DNA from: Ostrea edulis
Taxonomy: Eukaryota
DNA length: 64,000 bases
Direction of reading: 5' to 3'
NCBI RefSeq assembly: GCF_947568905.1
Contig: NC_079167.1
Location: 15,500,001-15,564,000 of the forward strand
The notes beneath the pieces are model-generated. The model was not told the origin of the DNA. It saw nothing but the letters and a program-made list of their open reading frames with translations, and did no database searches. A program made the position numbers and the translations under genes. Positions 50,954 to 62,065 of this stretch are shown one piece after another. The stretch's first letter is position 1. Each line of letters begins with the position of its first letter.

Positions 50954-53900
50954 CAATGTTGAATTAGTCGGTTACATAGGTTGTTTCAGAATCACTTCAA
51001 AGGAAGTTGTCAATATTCCGGCAAGAAGTGAAGTCGTGACATATTGCCGTGTCATAAAACCACACGAGTATTGTCAAGCGAAGGACGTTTTAGGTTTAAT
51101 TGAACCTTCAGAACGGTTTCTCAGATCGGGAAAAGCATTAGTAGCGAGAACAGTGGGCTACATAAAGGATGGGGAAGTGCCAGTTCGTATGATGAATCCT
51201 TCTCATGACTATCAAATAGTGTATCCAGGTACATTTGTTGCAACGTTGAGCACAGTTGAAACTGTATATGATACCCCACCCATTCATGGTACAAGTAGCA
51301 GTGAAAAATATAGCGATCTACCTGCCCACCTGCAAGACCTTTTCCAAAGATCTAAATCCAAGTTGACCACGGATGAGACATTTAAATTAAAACAATTCTT
51401 ACTTGACTATAGCAACATATTTGCCACATCAGATAAAGATTTGGGACGTACTGCACTAGTGAAACACACAATCGACACCAACAATGCTCGTCCGTTGAAA
51501 GAGCCTCCTAGAAGAATACCACATCATTTAGAGGATGAAATGAACAAACAAGTGGATGATTTGCTTAGCAGAAATATAATAGAAGAATCCAATAGTCCTT
51601 GGGCATCGGGTGTAGTTTTAGTGAAAAAGAAAGATGGTTCATTACGGTTTTGTGTGGACTACAGGCGTCTGAATGCTGTCACAATTAAAGATGCTTACCC
51701 ATTACCACGCATAGACGATTCACTAGACAGTCTCGCTGGAGCAAAATGGTTTTCCACTCTTGACTTGTGCTCAGGTTACTGGCAGGTTGGCATGGATGAA
51801 GCGGATAGACTAAAAACGGCATTTGCGACAAAGCGTGGACTATTTCAATTTAATGTCATGCCATTTGGCCTATGCAACGCCCCAGCAACTTTTGAAAGAC
51901 TGATGGAATCTGTATTGAGTGGGTTGCAATGGCAAATATGCTTGGTATATCTTGACGATATTATCGTGATGGGTACATCGTTTGACAACATGTTGAATAA
52001 TCTAACAAAAGTATTTGATAGACTATTATCAGCTAATTTGAAATTAAAGGCAAAGAAATGTCACTTGTTTCATAAAACTGTGCAGTTTCTCGGATACGTG
52101 GTGTCAGAAGATGGAGTCACGACAGATCCTTCAAAAATCGATGTAGTGAGAAATTGGTCGACTCCACAAAATCTTACGGAAGTAAAAAGTTTTCTTGGCC
52201 TTTGCAGTTACTATAGGCGTTTTATTTCAAACTTCGCCGCAAAAGCAAAGCCACTTAACAGATTGACTGAAAATGGTGTAAATTTTAAATGGACTGACGA
52301 CTGTCAAGCATCATTTGATTGTTTACGTCATGCACTCATATCTGCACCAATATTAGCCCATCCAGATTTTTCTCAGTCATTTATTTTGGATACAGACGCA
52401 AGTGATGTAGCCATCGGAGCAGTTCTTTCTCAGATACAGAATGGTGTTGAAAAGGTGATTGCTTTTGCGAGCCGAACACTATCAAAAGCGGAAAAAAAAT
52501 ATTGCGTTACACGGAAAGAACTTTTAGCTGTAGTCTATTTTACGAAATATTACAGACATTACCTTTATGGCAAACAGTTTTTAGTTAGAACTGACCACAG
52601 CTCTTTAAAATGGCTTATGAATTGCAAAAATCCGGAAGGTCAACTAGCGCGTTGGTTTGAAACTCTAAGCAATTTTCAAATAAGCATAGATCATAGACCG
52701 GGAAAAAAACATACTAATGCAGATGCATTGAGTAGAATTCCCTGCAAAAAGGTGTGTTGTACTGCACAAGTTGTGAACACATTACATAGCACATCTTCAA
52801 CTCTGAATGACGAAAAAACGTCTCTGAAATGGAAACAGAGAGAGGATAAGGACATAAGCATGCTTATAAAGTGGGTTGAGATAGGAACAAAACCACCGTC
52901 ATCTGAGATATCAGGACAAAGTCAATTCGTGAAAGCCATCTGTTCTCAATGGGATGCACTGGTGATAGAAGCTGATATGTTGTTTCGAAAGAAAAAACAG
53001 AAGAAAGGTGCAGATCAGTTGCAAGCCATCGTACCATTTAGCGAGAGGCGTATACTCTTAGGACAATACCATGATGAAAGAACCTCTGCTCACCTCGGTA
53101 TAAAGAAAACATTAGCAAAAATAAAAACCAAGTACTACTGGCCAGGATTACAGAAGGATGTCAAATTGTATATTGCAGGATGTGAAAAATGCCAAAGACG
53201 CAAATCACCTAATACAACCAAAAAGGCACCAATGCAAGTATTCACTTCTGGTTCGCCTATGGAACGCATTGCTAAAGACATATTGGGCGAACTTCCGAAG
53301 TCTAACAATGGTAACCGATATATTTTAGTCGTGTCAGATTACTTTACAAAATGGACTGAAAGTTTTCCTATGGCAAATATGGAGGCCGCAACTGTTGCAA
53401 AAATAATAGCAGAGCAAGTCATTACACGTTTCGGCGTGCCCGGCATTATACACTCTGATCAAAGGGCCCAATTCGAGAGTCATCTTTTCACGGAAATGTG
53501 TCGTCTTTTGAATATTAAGAAAACCCACACGACACCATACCACCCACAATCGGATGAAATGGTTGAAAGATTCAATAAAACACTGACGACAATGCTGTCT
53601 GCGTACGTTAATGACCATCATGATAACTGGAATGAACACCTTCCATATGTAATGATGGCTTACAGAGCAGGTATTCATGAAACAACAGGTGCTACGCCCA
53701 ACAAAATGATGTTGGGTCGAGAGGTTGCAACACCTTTTGATATTGTTTATGAAATGCCTACCGATATCAAACGAATACCCCAGAACACATGGGTATGGGA
53801 ATTACAGGAAAAGTTAGAAGAAGCGCACAATACTGTCAGAAAAATGTCCGAAGATAATATCCAAAGACAGAAGTGGTATCATGATAGGAAATTAAACTGG

Positions 53901-54254
53901 CAATCACTTAGATCTGGTGATCAGGTTTACGTTTATTTTCCAAAACGTCGAATTGGAACGTCTCCCAAGTTTTCTTCGTACTGGCAAGGCCCTTTTGAAA
54001 TCATTGAGAAGTGTTCCAGTGTTACATATAAAGTAAATTGCGGACCTAGAGGAGCAAATCAGATCATTCATACTGACCGTATACGACCTTTATTTCGACA
54101 AATACTGACTTTTGAACCAGTAAATTTCCCTACCACAAATGATGTTCCTGACAAAAGTGTTGATTCTGAAGTTGAGAGTGACAATGAATGTCTGACTGAT
54201 ATTAAAAGACATAAAAAGCAACCAGCCTATTTAGCTGATTATGTTTTAGATTAA
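50898..54254 (+). CDS. Pol (RT, RNase H, integrase), +1 frame relative to gag-PR
   Basis: RFCVDYRRLN, YLDD, ILDTDASD, HHCC zinc finger (H..TSAH...CEKC), integrase D-D-E and C-terminal GPF. Confidence 0.93.
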   Translation: MIAQLISRKGILRLATNADNVELVGYIGCFRITSKEVVNIPARSEVVTYCRVIKPHEYCQAKDVLGLIEPSERFLRSGKALVARTVGYIKDGEVPVRMMNPSHDYQIVYPGTFVATLSTVETVYDTPPIHGTSSSEKYSDLPAHLQDLFQRSKSKLTTDETFKLKQFLLDYSNIFATSDKDLGRTALVKHTIDTNNARPLKEPPRRIPHHLEDEMNKQVDDLLSRNIIEESNSPWASGVVLVKKKDGSLRFCVDYRRLNAVTIKDAYPLPRIDDSLDSLAGAKWFSTLDLCSGYWQVGMDEADRLKTAFATKRGLFQFNVMPFGLCNAPATFERLMESVLSGLQWQICLVYLDDIIVMGTSFDNMLNNLTKVFDRLLSANLKLKAKKCHLFHKTVQFLGYVVSEDGVTTDPSKIDVVRNWSTPQNLTEVKSFLGLCSYYRRFISNFAAKAKPLNRLTENGVNFKWTDDCQASFDCLRHALISAPILAHPDFSQSFILDTDASDVAIGAVLSQIQNGVEKVIAFASRTLSKAEKKYCVTRKELLAVVYFTKYYRHYLYGKQFLVRTDHSSLKWLMNCKNPEGQLARWFETLSNFQISIDHRPGKKHTNADALSRIPCKKVCCTAQVVNTLHSTSSTLNDEKTSLKWKQREDKDISMLIKWVEIGTKPPSSEISGQSQFVKAICSQWDALVIEADMLFRKKKQKKGADQLQAIVPFSERRILLGQYHDERTSAHLGIKKTLAKIKTKYYWPGLQKDVKLYIAGCEKCQRRKSPNTTKKAPMQVFTSGSPMERIAKDILGELPKSNNGNRYILVVSDYFTKWTESFPMANMEAATVAKIIAEQVITRFGVPGIIHSDQRAQFESHLFTEMCRLLNIKKTHTTPYHPQSDEMVERFNKTLTTMLSAYVNDHHDNWNEHLPYVMMAYRAGIHETTGATPNKMMLGREVATPFDIVYEMPTDIKRIPQNTWVWELQEKLEEAHNTVRKMSEDNIQRQKWYHDRKLNWQSLRSGDQVYVYFPKRRIGTSPKFSSYWQGPFEIIEKCSSVTYKVNCGPRGANQIIHTDRIRPLFRQILTFEPVNFPTTNDVPDKSVDSEVESDNECLTDIKRHKKQPAYLADYVLD

Positions 54255-54274
54255 TGAATTTTATTTTGTAGATC

Positions 54275-55003
54275 ATGCCCAAAACAAAGGTCACTTCAAG
54301 AAAGTCATCTTTAAAGTGCCCTATGTGTCCTTACCAAGCAGAAACATCAGAAAATATGGAAAAAAAACATCTTGTCTCCTGTGGACTCCAGATAGTTGCG
54401 GATAAAACATTGCAATGTAGCTTATGCCCTTTTAAAACAACAAAACATGCCTACCTTAAGCGACACACGAGAACAATGCACCAACCACGTGAAACTGCTG
54501 TACAATTGAGTGCTGATTTGGATCTGTCTGACTCAAGCGATTGGGATAATGAACCCAACATTTCAATTGAAGAGGTTCAAACTAAACAACCTTGTGAGGA
54601 AAGGAGCATCTCTTGTATTTCACAACAAGAAGATTCTCCTTGCGCTGACACAACGCCTCGGTTAGCGTCAGTACCATCCCTCCAGCTAGGTCGTGTCTTT
54701 CGCCAGCCAACGAAACCTGTATTACCCGGAAAGAAGCGAAAAAGCGAGCCTGTACTTCCAGTTTTTGCCCTAGGAAAAGCCGTAAAACAAATGGAGGAAG
54801 GAAAATCTCACGGAGAAGTTGAACATCCTCAAGAGAAAATCTTAACTGAAGAGTGTCCAAATCCTTTTCATACAACTACCTCCAATGTTGGTGTGCAAAC
54901 AGACTTTCCCAAACATGTAAAGTCTACTAAGAAGATTGTAGAGTATGTTAAAGACAATGCTACAGTGAAAGAAATCACCGAAGATCGTTACGAATACTAT
55001 TAA
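54275..55003 (+). CDS. ORF3: 242-aa protein with two N-terminal zinc fingers, inside the LTR element
   Basis: CPMC-x13-H-x3-C and CSLC-x12-H-x4-H. Preceded by a ttttattttgtag acceptor-like site 3 nt before the ATG. Lies between the pol stop and the PPT. Confidence 0.75.
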   Translation: MPKTKVTSRKSSLKCPMCPYQAETSENMEKKHLVSCGLQIVADKTLQCSLCPFKTTKHAYLKRHTRTMHQPRETAVQLSADLDLSDSSDWDNEPNISIEEVQTKQPCEERSISCISQQEDSPCADTTPRLASVPSLQLGRVFRQPTKPVLPGKKRKSEPVLPVFALGKAVKQMEEGKSHGEVEHPQEKILTEECPNPFHTTTSNVGVQTDFPKHVKSTKKIVEYVKDNATVKEITEDRYEYY

Positions 55004-55140
55004 CTTGTTAAAAATCATGATGGTGTAGAAAACAATTTATCAAAGATTTCCTGACAGGAGATACCTGTTCATTTGATTATAATAAAGATACTTTTAACCA
55101 TTGAATTTTAGTCTGCCTTTGCGAGGACGCAATTTTTTTT

Positions 55141-55155
55141 CGAAGGCGTGGGTAA
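55141..55155 (+). other. Polypurine tract (imperfect)
   Basis: CGAAGGCGTGGGTAA immediately before the 3' LTR TG. Confidence 0.55.
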
Positions 55156-55929
55156 TGTGATGAAAGCATTCTAAGGTGGATTGAAACATACTTTATGATA
55201 GACCAATCAGATGGTGTAATTCTTATCCAATCAGCATTGTTTAGCCATCCAATCATAATCTTAGTATAAGTAGCCAATCATTGTTGATCAACCTAAGACC
55301 AAAGGGTATAAATAGAGCCGTCCTGTCATCTTTAGTTTTTTTGTTGGAACTCGAACCCGATTGAGGTCTTTTGACTGGTAGTATTGAGTTGGTATTCAGG
55401 ACAAGCTTGGGGTTGTGTCGGAAAGCAACAGAATTGTTAACTAGGCCACTCAGCTCCTACACTTGGTCCTTTGTGTCTTTGTGACTTTAGAATTCTGTCT
55501 TGGTGACTTGTTTCAGGGATAGTGTCTCGGTGACTTTCCCAGGTGATAGGACGGTAGAGAGCTTAGGTTAGGTGGCTGCAGACTGTGTCGGGAAACAACA
55601 GAATTGTTTGTTATACCACTCAGTCTGTAGCTACTTAAGTTATACATGTATTTGTGATTTCTCGTATCGATTAGTCTGATTATTTTTTACTATTAGCTCA
55701 TGGTTTGTTTAATGATCATCCAAGTAGGACCAAGGAAAATATTATTCCGGGTTTTAGTCAGTTAGCCTATCCTGGTTTATTTATTAACGTTAATGTTATT
55801 GTTCCTGTTCGTCTGCAACGAAGATAGATACGTGACAGTAAGTGTATTATAATTGAACTTAATTTCTTAGGAAGGAAACCTAAGCGAACTCATTGATTTT
55901 CTGATCATTTATTAGGTAAATACGTTACA
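55156..55929 (+). repeat. 3' LTR
   Basis: 774 bp, ends TACGTTACA, followed by the ATAG TSD. Confidence 0.95.
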
Positions 55930-56194
55930 ATAGACTGCAAATGCAAATCATCATGACCAGTAGCACGCCTAATACAGGGGGAAGTTGACTATTCTTGTTA
56001 CATTTATAATGTACATGTATCGTAGAGCACAATGTATACCAGTATTATAAAATTCCGAGTATATCCATGAAGTAGATTGATTTTATCGGTGTCCAGTGAA
56101 ATGTCCTTATTCTACAAACACCGCGCTTTTTAAACAATTCTACCATTTTATGTCTTATTTCTAAGCATTATTCCAACACGAATATTTTAATGAA

Positions 56195-58530
56195 TAATGT
56201 TTTACGGCGTGACCGTGTTTGAGGGCGAAGCAAAAAAGTTTTGGCATTAGCATCTATATCCAACACAGGGCAAAAATAACCCGAAGTTAGCACGAGGACA
56301 GAGCTGTATCAAAGCATCCTTTTGGACATTTGATCCGCCTATATATTGAACGCGGGAAATATAACGCAATCGATGTAAACAATACATTGTGACGTCATAT
56401 TCAGCGTCGTTATTTAGCAAATTTACAAACATAGCGTTTGAACCACAACAAAAACATGGCAATAATCGTGGAGTGATTATATATGATTAAGAAAATAAGG
56501 TTTACATGCTTTTACGGATTTTATGTAACATCTCAGAACGACGTGAACTAGGGTAGACGAGATTCAAAATAGAGGAATACATGTCCACGCGCTAATATTC
56601 GAATCGACGCCATTGGTACCAAACTTTTCAAGTTCCATAGGTATGGTTTAATTTTTCATTATTTTCCTATATTTTCCTTTTAAACATGTATATACGTGTT
56701 ACCTATAGGGAGAGCTCCGCTCTCACGGCCCTTCGGGCCGTGAGAGGGCTTCGCCCTCTATAACTTACAGAAAGTACATAAAATTTACTATATAGAATAT
56801 ATATACAACATTTCATTTTATCCCGCGTTCATTTAGGAAAACGAAAAGATACTTAATGTCCAAATAAATGTCCCATGTGATTTTGTCGCGCAATGACGCG
56901 ACGTCAATGTACACAACCTACGTCTAGCTAAAACGTAAAATGTTGCTTTTATTATTTTTGAAAGATCTAAATTAAAATGATTTTTGAAAATAGTATACAA
57001 GGTATTTAAGCTATAGCATGTGTATCTCATAGATATGTTTTGCTCTAGATCTGGTACATATACTTTAATTGACTTTATCAAATGACAATTGTACAGACTA
57101 CATTTTGTTGCATGTACTACTGTATGTCATCGTCGCAAACCACGGGTTATTGTTTCATTCTATTTCACAAACGTTTGTGAAATAGAATGAAACAATAACC
57201 CGTGGTTTGCGACGATGTACTGTATGTATGCATATAAAAATTCAGCATTGAACAGATACACTTACGGTGTGTAAAACGTTGCAATATTATAGAGGGCGAA
57301 GCCCTTTCACGGCCCTAAGGGCCGTGAGAGCGGAGCTCTCCCTATAGGTAACACGTATATACATGTTTAAAAGGAAAATATAGGAAAATAATGAAAAATT
57401 AAACCATACCTATGGAACTTGAAAAGTTTGGTACCAATGGCGTCGATTCGAATATTAGCGCGTGGACATGTATTCCTCCATTTTGAATCTCGTCTACCCT
57501 AGTTCACGTCGTTCTGAGATGTTACACATAAAATCCGTAAAAGCATGTAAATCTTATTTTCTTAATCATATATAATCACTCCACGATTAACGCCATGTTT
57601 TTGGTTGTGGTTCAAACGCTTTGTTTGTAAATTTGCTAAATAACGACGCTGAATATGACGTCACAATGTACTGTTTACATCAATTGCGTTATATTTCCCG
57701 CGTTCAATATATAGGTGGATCAAATGTCCAAAAATTAGGATGCTTTGATACAGCTCCGTCCGCGTGCTAACTTCGGGTTGTTTTTGTCCTGTTTTGGATA
57801 TAGATACTAATGTCAAAACTTTTTTGCTTCGCCCTCAAACACGGTCACGCCGTAAAACATATTACAAATCTTGATTTATATACGAAACTCTTTAATCATA
57901 TTCGATAATCTTGTTATTCATATATGAGAAAATTTTAATTATATTCGATAATCTTAATAGAGGGCGAAGCCCTCTCACGGCCCTAAGGGCCGTGAGAGCG
58001 GAGCTCTCCCTATAGGTAACACGTATATACATGTTTAAAAGGAAAATATAGGGAAATAATGAAAAACTAAACCATACCTATGGAACTTGAAACTTTTGGT
58101 ACTAATGGCGTCGATTCGAATACTATCGCGTGGACATGTATTTCTCCATTTTGAATCTCGTCTACCCTAGTTCACGTCGTTCTGAGATGTTACATAAAAT
58201 TCGTAAAAGCATGTAAATCTTATTTTCTTAATCATATATAATCACTCCACCATTAACGCCATATTTGTTGTTGTGGCTCAAACGCTATGTTTGTAAATTT
58301 GCTAAATAACGACGCTGAATATGACGTCACAATGTACTGTTTACATCGATTGCGTTATATTTCCCGCGTTCAATATATAGGCGGATCAAATATCCAAAAT
58401 TAGGATGTTTTGATACAGCTCCGTCCTCGTGCTAACTTCGGGTTGTTTTTGTTCTGTTTTGGATATAGATACCAATGCCAAAATTTGTTTGCTTCGTCCT
58501 CAAACACGGTCACGCCGTAAAACATATTAT
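56195..58530. mobile_element. Three copies of a ~570-bp non-autonomous element (Helitron/Helentron-like)
   Basis: Copies at ~56195-56761, ~57289-57864 (inverted relative to the first) and ~57958-58530. Each has the subterminal inverted motif GAGGGCGAAGC and a CTCTCACGGCCC-GGGCCGTGAGAG hairpin. Confidence 0.7.
57128..57217. mobile_element. Perfect 90-bp palindrome with 10-bp flanking direct repeats (minimal MITE)
   Basis: The 45-bp arm CATCGTCGCAAACCACGGGTTATTGTTTCATTCTATTTCACAAAC is followed immediately by its reverse complement. TACTGTATGT occurs at 57118-57127 and 57218-57227. Confidence 0.85.
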
Positions 58531-59564
58531 TTATATGCGAAAATTTTGATTTATATTCGATAATCTTGTTATTTATTTACATTTGGTAACCTTGTTATTT
58601 ATATTCGATAATTATATAAATCTCGATTTATATTCCATAATATTTGATTCGTATTTGATAATGTTGATGTACACATGCTAGATGTACGCATGGATTTAGT
58701 CATTATTGATTGTAGGTGAAATGCATAATTTCAAAAATTGATAAAAGAATTAGCTTCATTGACCATGACCTGACCTCGGATGTCTTAAATTTAACTAGAG
58801 GAGCTACTCTGCTAAAATTAAACTTTAATAAATATACAGCACTACCAGCCGTGAGACATTTGGCCTGAATTGAATAGTTGACCTTGCCCAAATATGCTGA
58901 ATAAACCCAGTAGCTATGTCGAAGCTTGGGTGACTGCCCTGTAATCCCCCATAGGCTGCTTAGCTATCTGGATTAACAAGAGTGATACAAATTTGAATAT
59001 TTATTAATCGTAATCAGAAACACGGTGCAAATTGACATGTATGGCGGAAAGGGTCGCGTGCAATTTTTTGTGGGGAACTGGGGAGGCGGCCAGTTTGACT
59101 ACCAACGTAGGGGCAACACAGGGGGCCCTATGTGGACATAGGTGCCTGGACCTGAACGGGTGGTCACGTTCTAAGGGGGAAGAGATCTCTGCGCATCTCA
59201 GCTGTCTCCTGCGTGCTACCTGGTTTAAAGAGCAAGTACAGAGCAAACTGTGGACCCTCCTACAGTTTCCAACATGCACCAGCCTGTAGCATTCCCTAGG
59301 AGGTGGATGTGAGCACAGGCACCAGAACGGTGGATATATATAGCGTGTTAGATCTTATGTACCCCCCCCCTTCCAATGAATGAAAGATATATACATAAGT
59401 CACATATTAAATGAATTGAATGTCAAAATCTTGTTAGAGTATCAGTGGCGTGTTGAACAACCTCACTGTTGTATTTAGGACCCAGGTGATCTCTGGCGGG
59501 TGTGAGCGATTGCCCCTGGAATATTTCGCCCACATGCGTTGGTACTCCAGAAGAGTAGAGGAAG

Positions 59565-59605
<41 letters not shown>

Positions 59606-62065
59606 GAGTAAAATAAAAAAAATTCGCATATGAATATCAAGATTTCTCACATATAAATCAAAATTTCCGTCCGCATATAGATATCAAGATTATCGAATAC
59701 AAATCAAGATTTCCGCATATGAATAACAATATCATTAGATCAAAAGTTCAACATCTGACAAAAAAATCTAAAGTCACACGGTTTTCACGAGACCACCCCT
59801 TCAAAACTAAATATGATATATATTGAAACTAACCGATTCGCAAGTAAAACATACGAGTATAAATAACACTCTGTATACCTTTTCTACTGTTTATTCAGAA
59901 ATGAAAGTGAACATTTTAAAAAACGTTAAAATGTAATATTATTTGGAAGTTTTTAACTCTCACTTCAACTCACCGTGGTTATTATTATTATTCATTTATA
60001 AAGCGCAAAACTACATATACTTTCTATGCGCTGGTTGTTTTATTTCCACTAGAGCGTGATCGATGTAAATCGATGACAGAAACGTACGGGAGTTTTTAAC
60101 CCCCCTCCCCCTTCCGTGTTTGGCATTAATAAAAAGTATTAAAGAGAGCAATGATTATCAAACATAGAGACTTGAGCAAGTCTATATATATCCTAGAAAA
60201 AACCAAAACTGATTTTTTTTACTGTGCAAATTTTTCAGAGGTCATATTCATAAGAATTGCAAGCCTTATTTCATGGGATGGTTACCTGTAAAATGCGAAA
60301 CGAAATCGAAAGGAAACGAAATCTACCGAAGCAAAACGAAACCTACCGAAACGGGTACCCTTATTTCATACGACATGCCTGCTATTGTAGGCACGGTGAA
60401 ATAAATACAGTACGTATACTTTGGAGTATTTCTAAGAATTCATAATTTTTATGAATGTACACTATACACGTACAAAGATTTATTTTCAATTTTTAAACAT
60501 TAAATCATGCATGTGCTTTAGTTATGATATTACAGCTTGGAGATAATGAATTTGTTTAAAATGTGACGTTGCTTTCGTGATTATATTTTGCCACAATTTA
60601 TGACGTTATAAGTGTAACGTAAAGTGACACCAGTACCGTGCGCTTAGTGATAATATAAAGCACAAATACAAAGTGATAATCGTTTTCATTATCTCTATTC
60701 ATAGGTTCTGTTACACTCAGGTATATCAGAATATATCCCTTTTTCGACAGTAAAGATTGGAAGCACTGTATGCGCGCGAGATTGTTTGTCAAGATAAATA
60801 GTTTGAAGTTACGCGGGAATAACTTTTGGTTTACCCTGTAGCAGGGAGGTCTATGTCGCAAAGATAATTTTTAAAACTAATACGAATAAACGTTTTTCGA
60901 TATCCATCTCATTATAAATCCATTGATTATATGTATGAACCCCCACCCAAATAATTCATAGCTTTTTATCGATGAAAATAATTTATCATGTTTACGACAA
61001 CCGCTAGACGAAAACGAAAAACGTATAGCTGGCTTTCCAAAACGCTAAATTGGCCTAGGCCTAAATAGTAGAATATTGTGGTGCATTTTGCAGTGACAGT
61101 TTATCAGGAAAAGAAGTACTGGTAAGTAGAATTATCGCATGCAGCAAACCCCGGCCGTCCACAGGCATATTTTAAATAATCCCAGAAAGCCAGACACCAT
61201 GAATCATTGAATGGCATGATAATGATTCGCGTGAAAATATGAAGTATTATGTGAATAGCATCGCCATGGTATTCCATATTATATAATATATCATAATAAG
61301 AAGCATCTGTGGCGCATGAAAAGCTATATGTTTGTGTATTTCTATTTTTACGTCATCTGTAGTCGCTTCGAAACAGCTACAGAGACATACAAAAACAAAA
61401 AGTACTCATCTGGTACTCGCGGGTCAATCACAGAGACTTTATTCTCAATCTATAGCCTATATATGAAGGAATATCGAAAGTTAGATATTTATATATAGAT
61501 TGAGAACAAAATGGATAAGAAACCCCTGTAGGTCAATGTTGCAATGTTCAATGCTTTTTCTATTTCAATCAACACATCATTTTTCTAAACATCTCTTTTC
61601 AGTACAGGGTATTTTACCACAGAAAATAGAATTTCCCAATGTTTAATGATGTACATCTATTATTGATATAGGTTTAAATTATTCAGTTTCAGGTGAATGC
61701 AACTTTCAATTGCAATACTTCCTATAGAGATACGATGCATAAGTTGTTGATTTTTGTTGTTTTCTGCCATGCATACATATTTTTGATATTTTGGATAAAA
61801 ATCAATTTTTCATATTTCACACATTAGAATTTGGATTCATTCTGATATATTTGGAAGCTTGTTTATATAATTTTGCTTAGTAACTGTAGAAATTTGCTCT
61901 CTGTGAAAAATTGGGACAGATCATCCTTATGTAAACCTCCAACTGACAGCTGAAGTTTTTCTGCATGCAATTTTGGTCTTCTATATTTTTGTATTTTATA
62001 AAAATTTATAAGCCTTAAAAGTAAAGTATAAAAAATTCCTATGAATTTTCCCTCTACAAATGTGT

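Larger units (their letters stand above)
48369..55929 (+). mobile_element. Full-length Ty3/Gypsy LTR retrotransposon with an extra ORF
   Basis: Two 774-bp LTRs (TGT...ACA), 4-bp TSD ATAG (48365-48368 and 55930-55933), PBS, purine-rich tract, and gag-PR-RT-RH-IN domain order. Confidence 0.97.

Noticed and set aside
54275-55003. ORF3 as an envelope gene
   Set aside because: It has no signal peptide, furin site or transmembrane helix, and has zinc fingers and an NLS-like motif instead.
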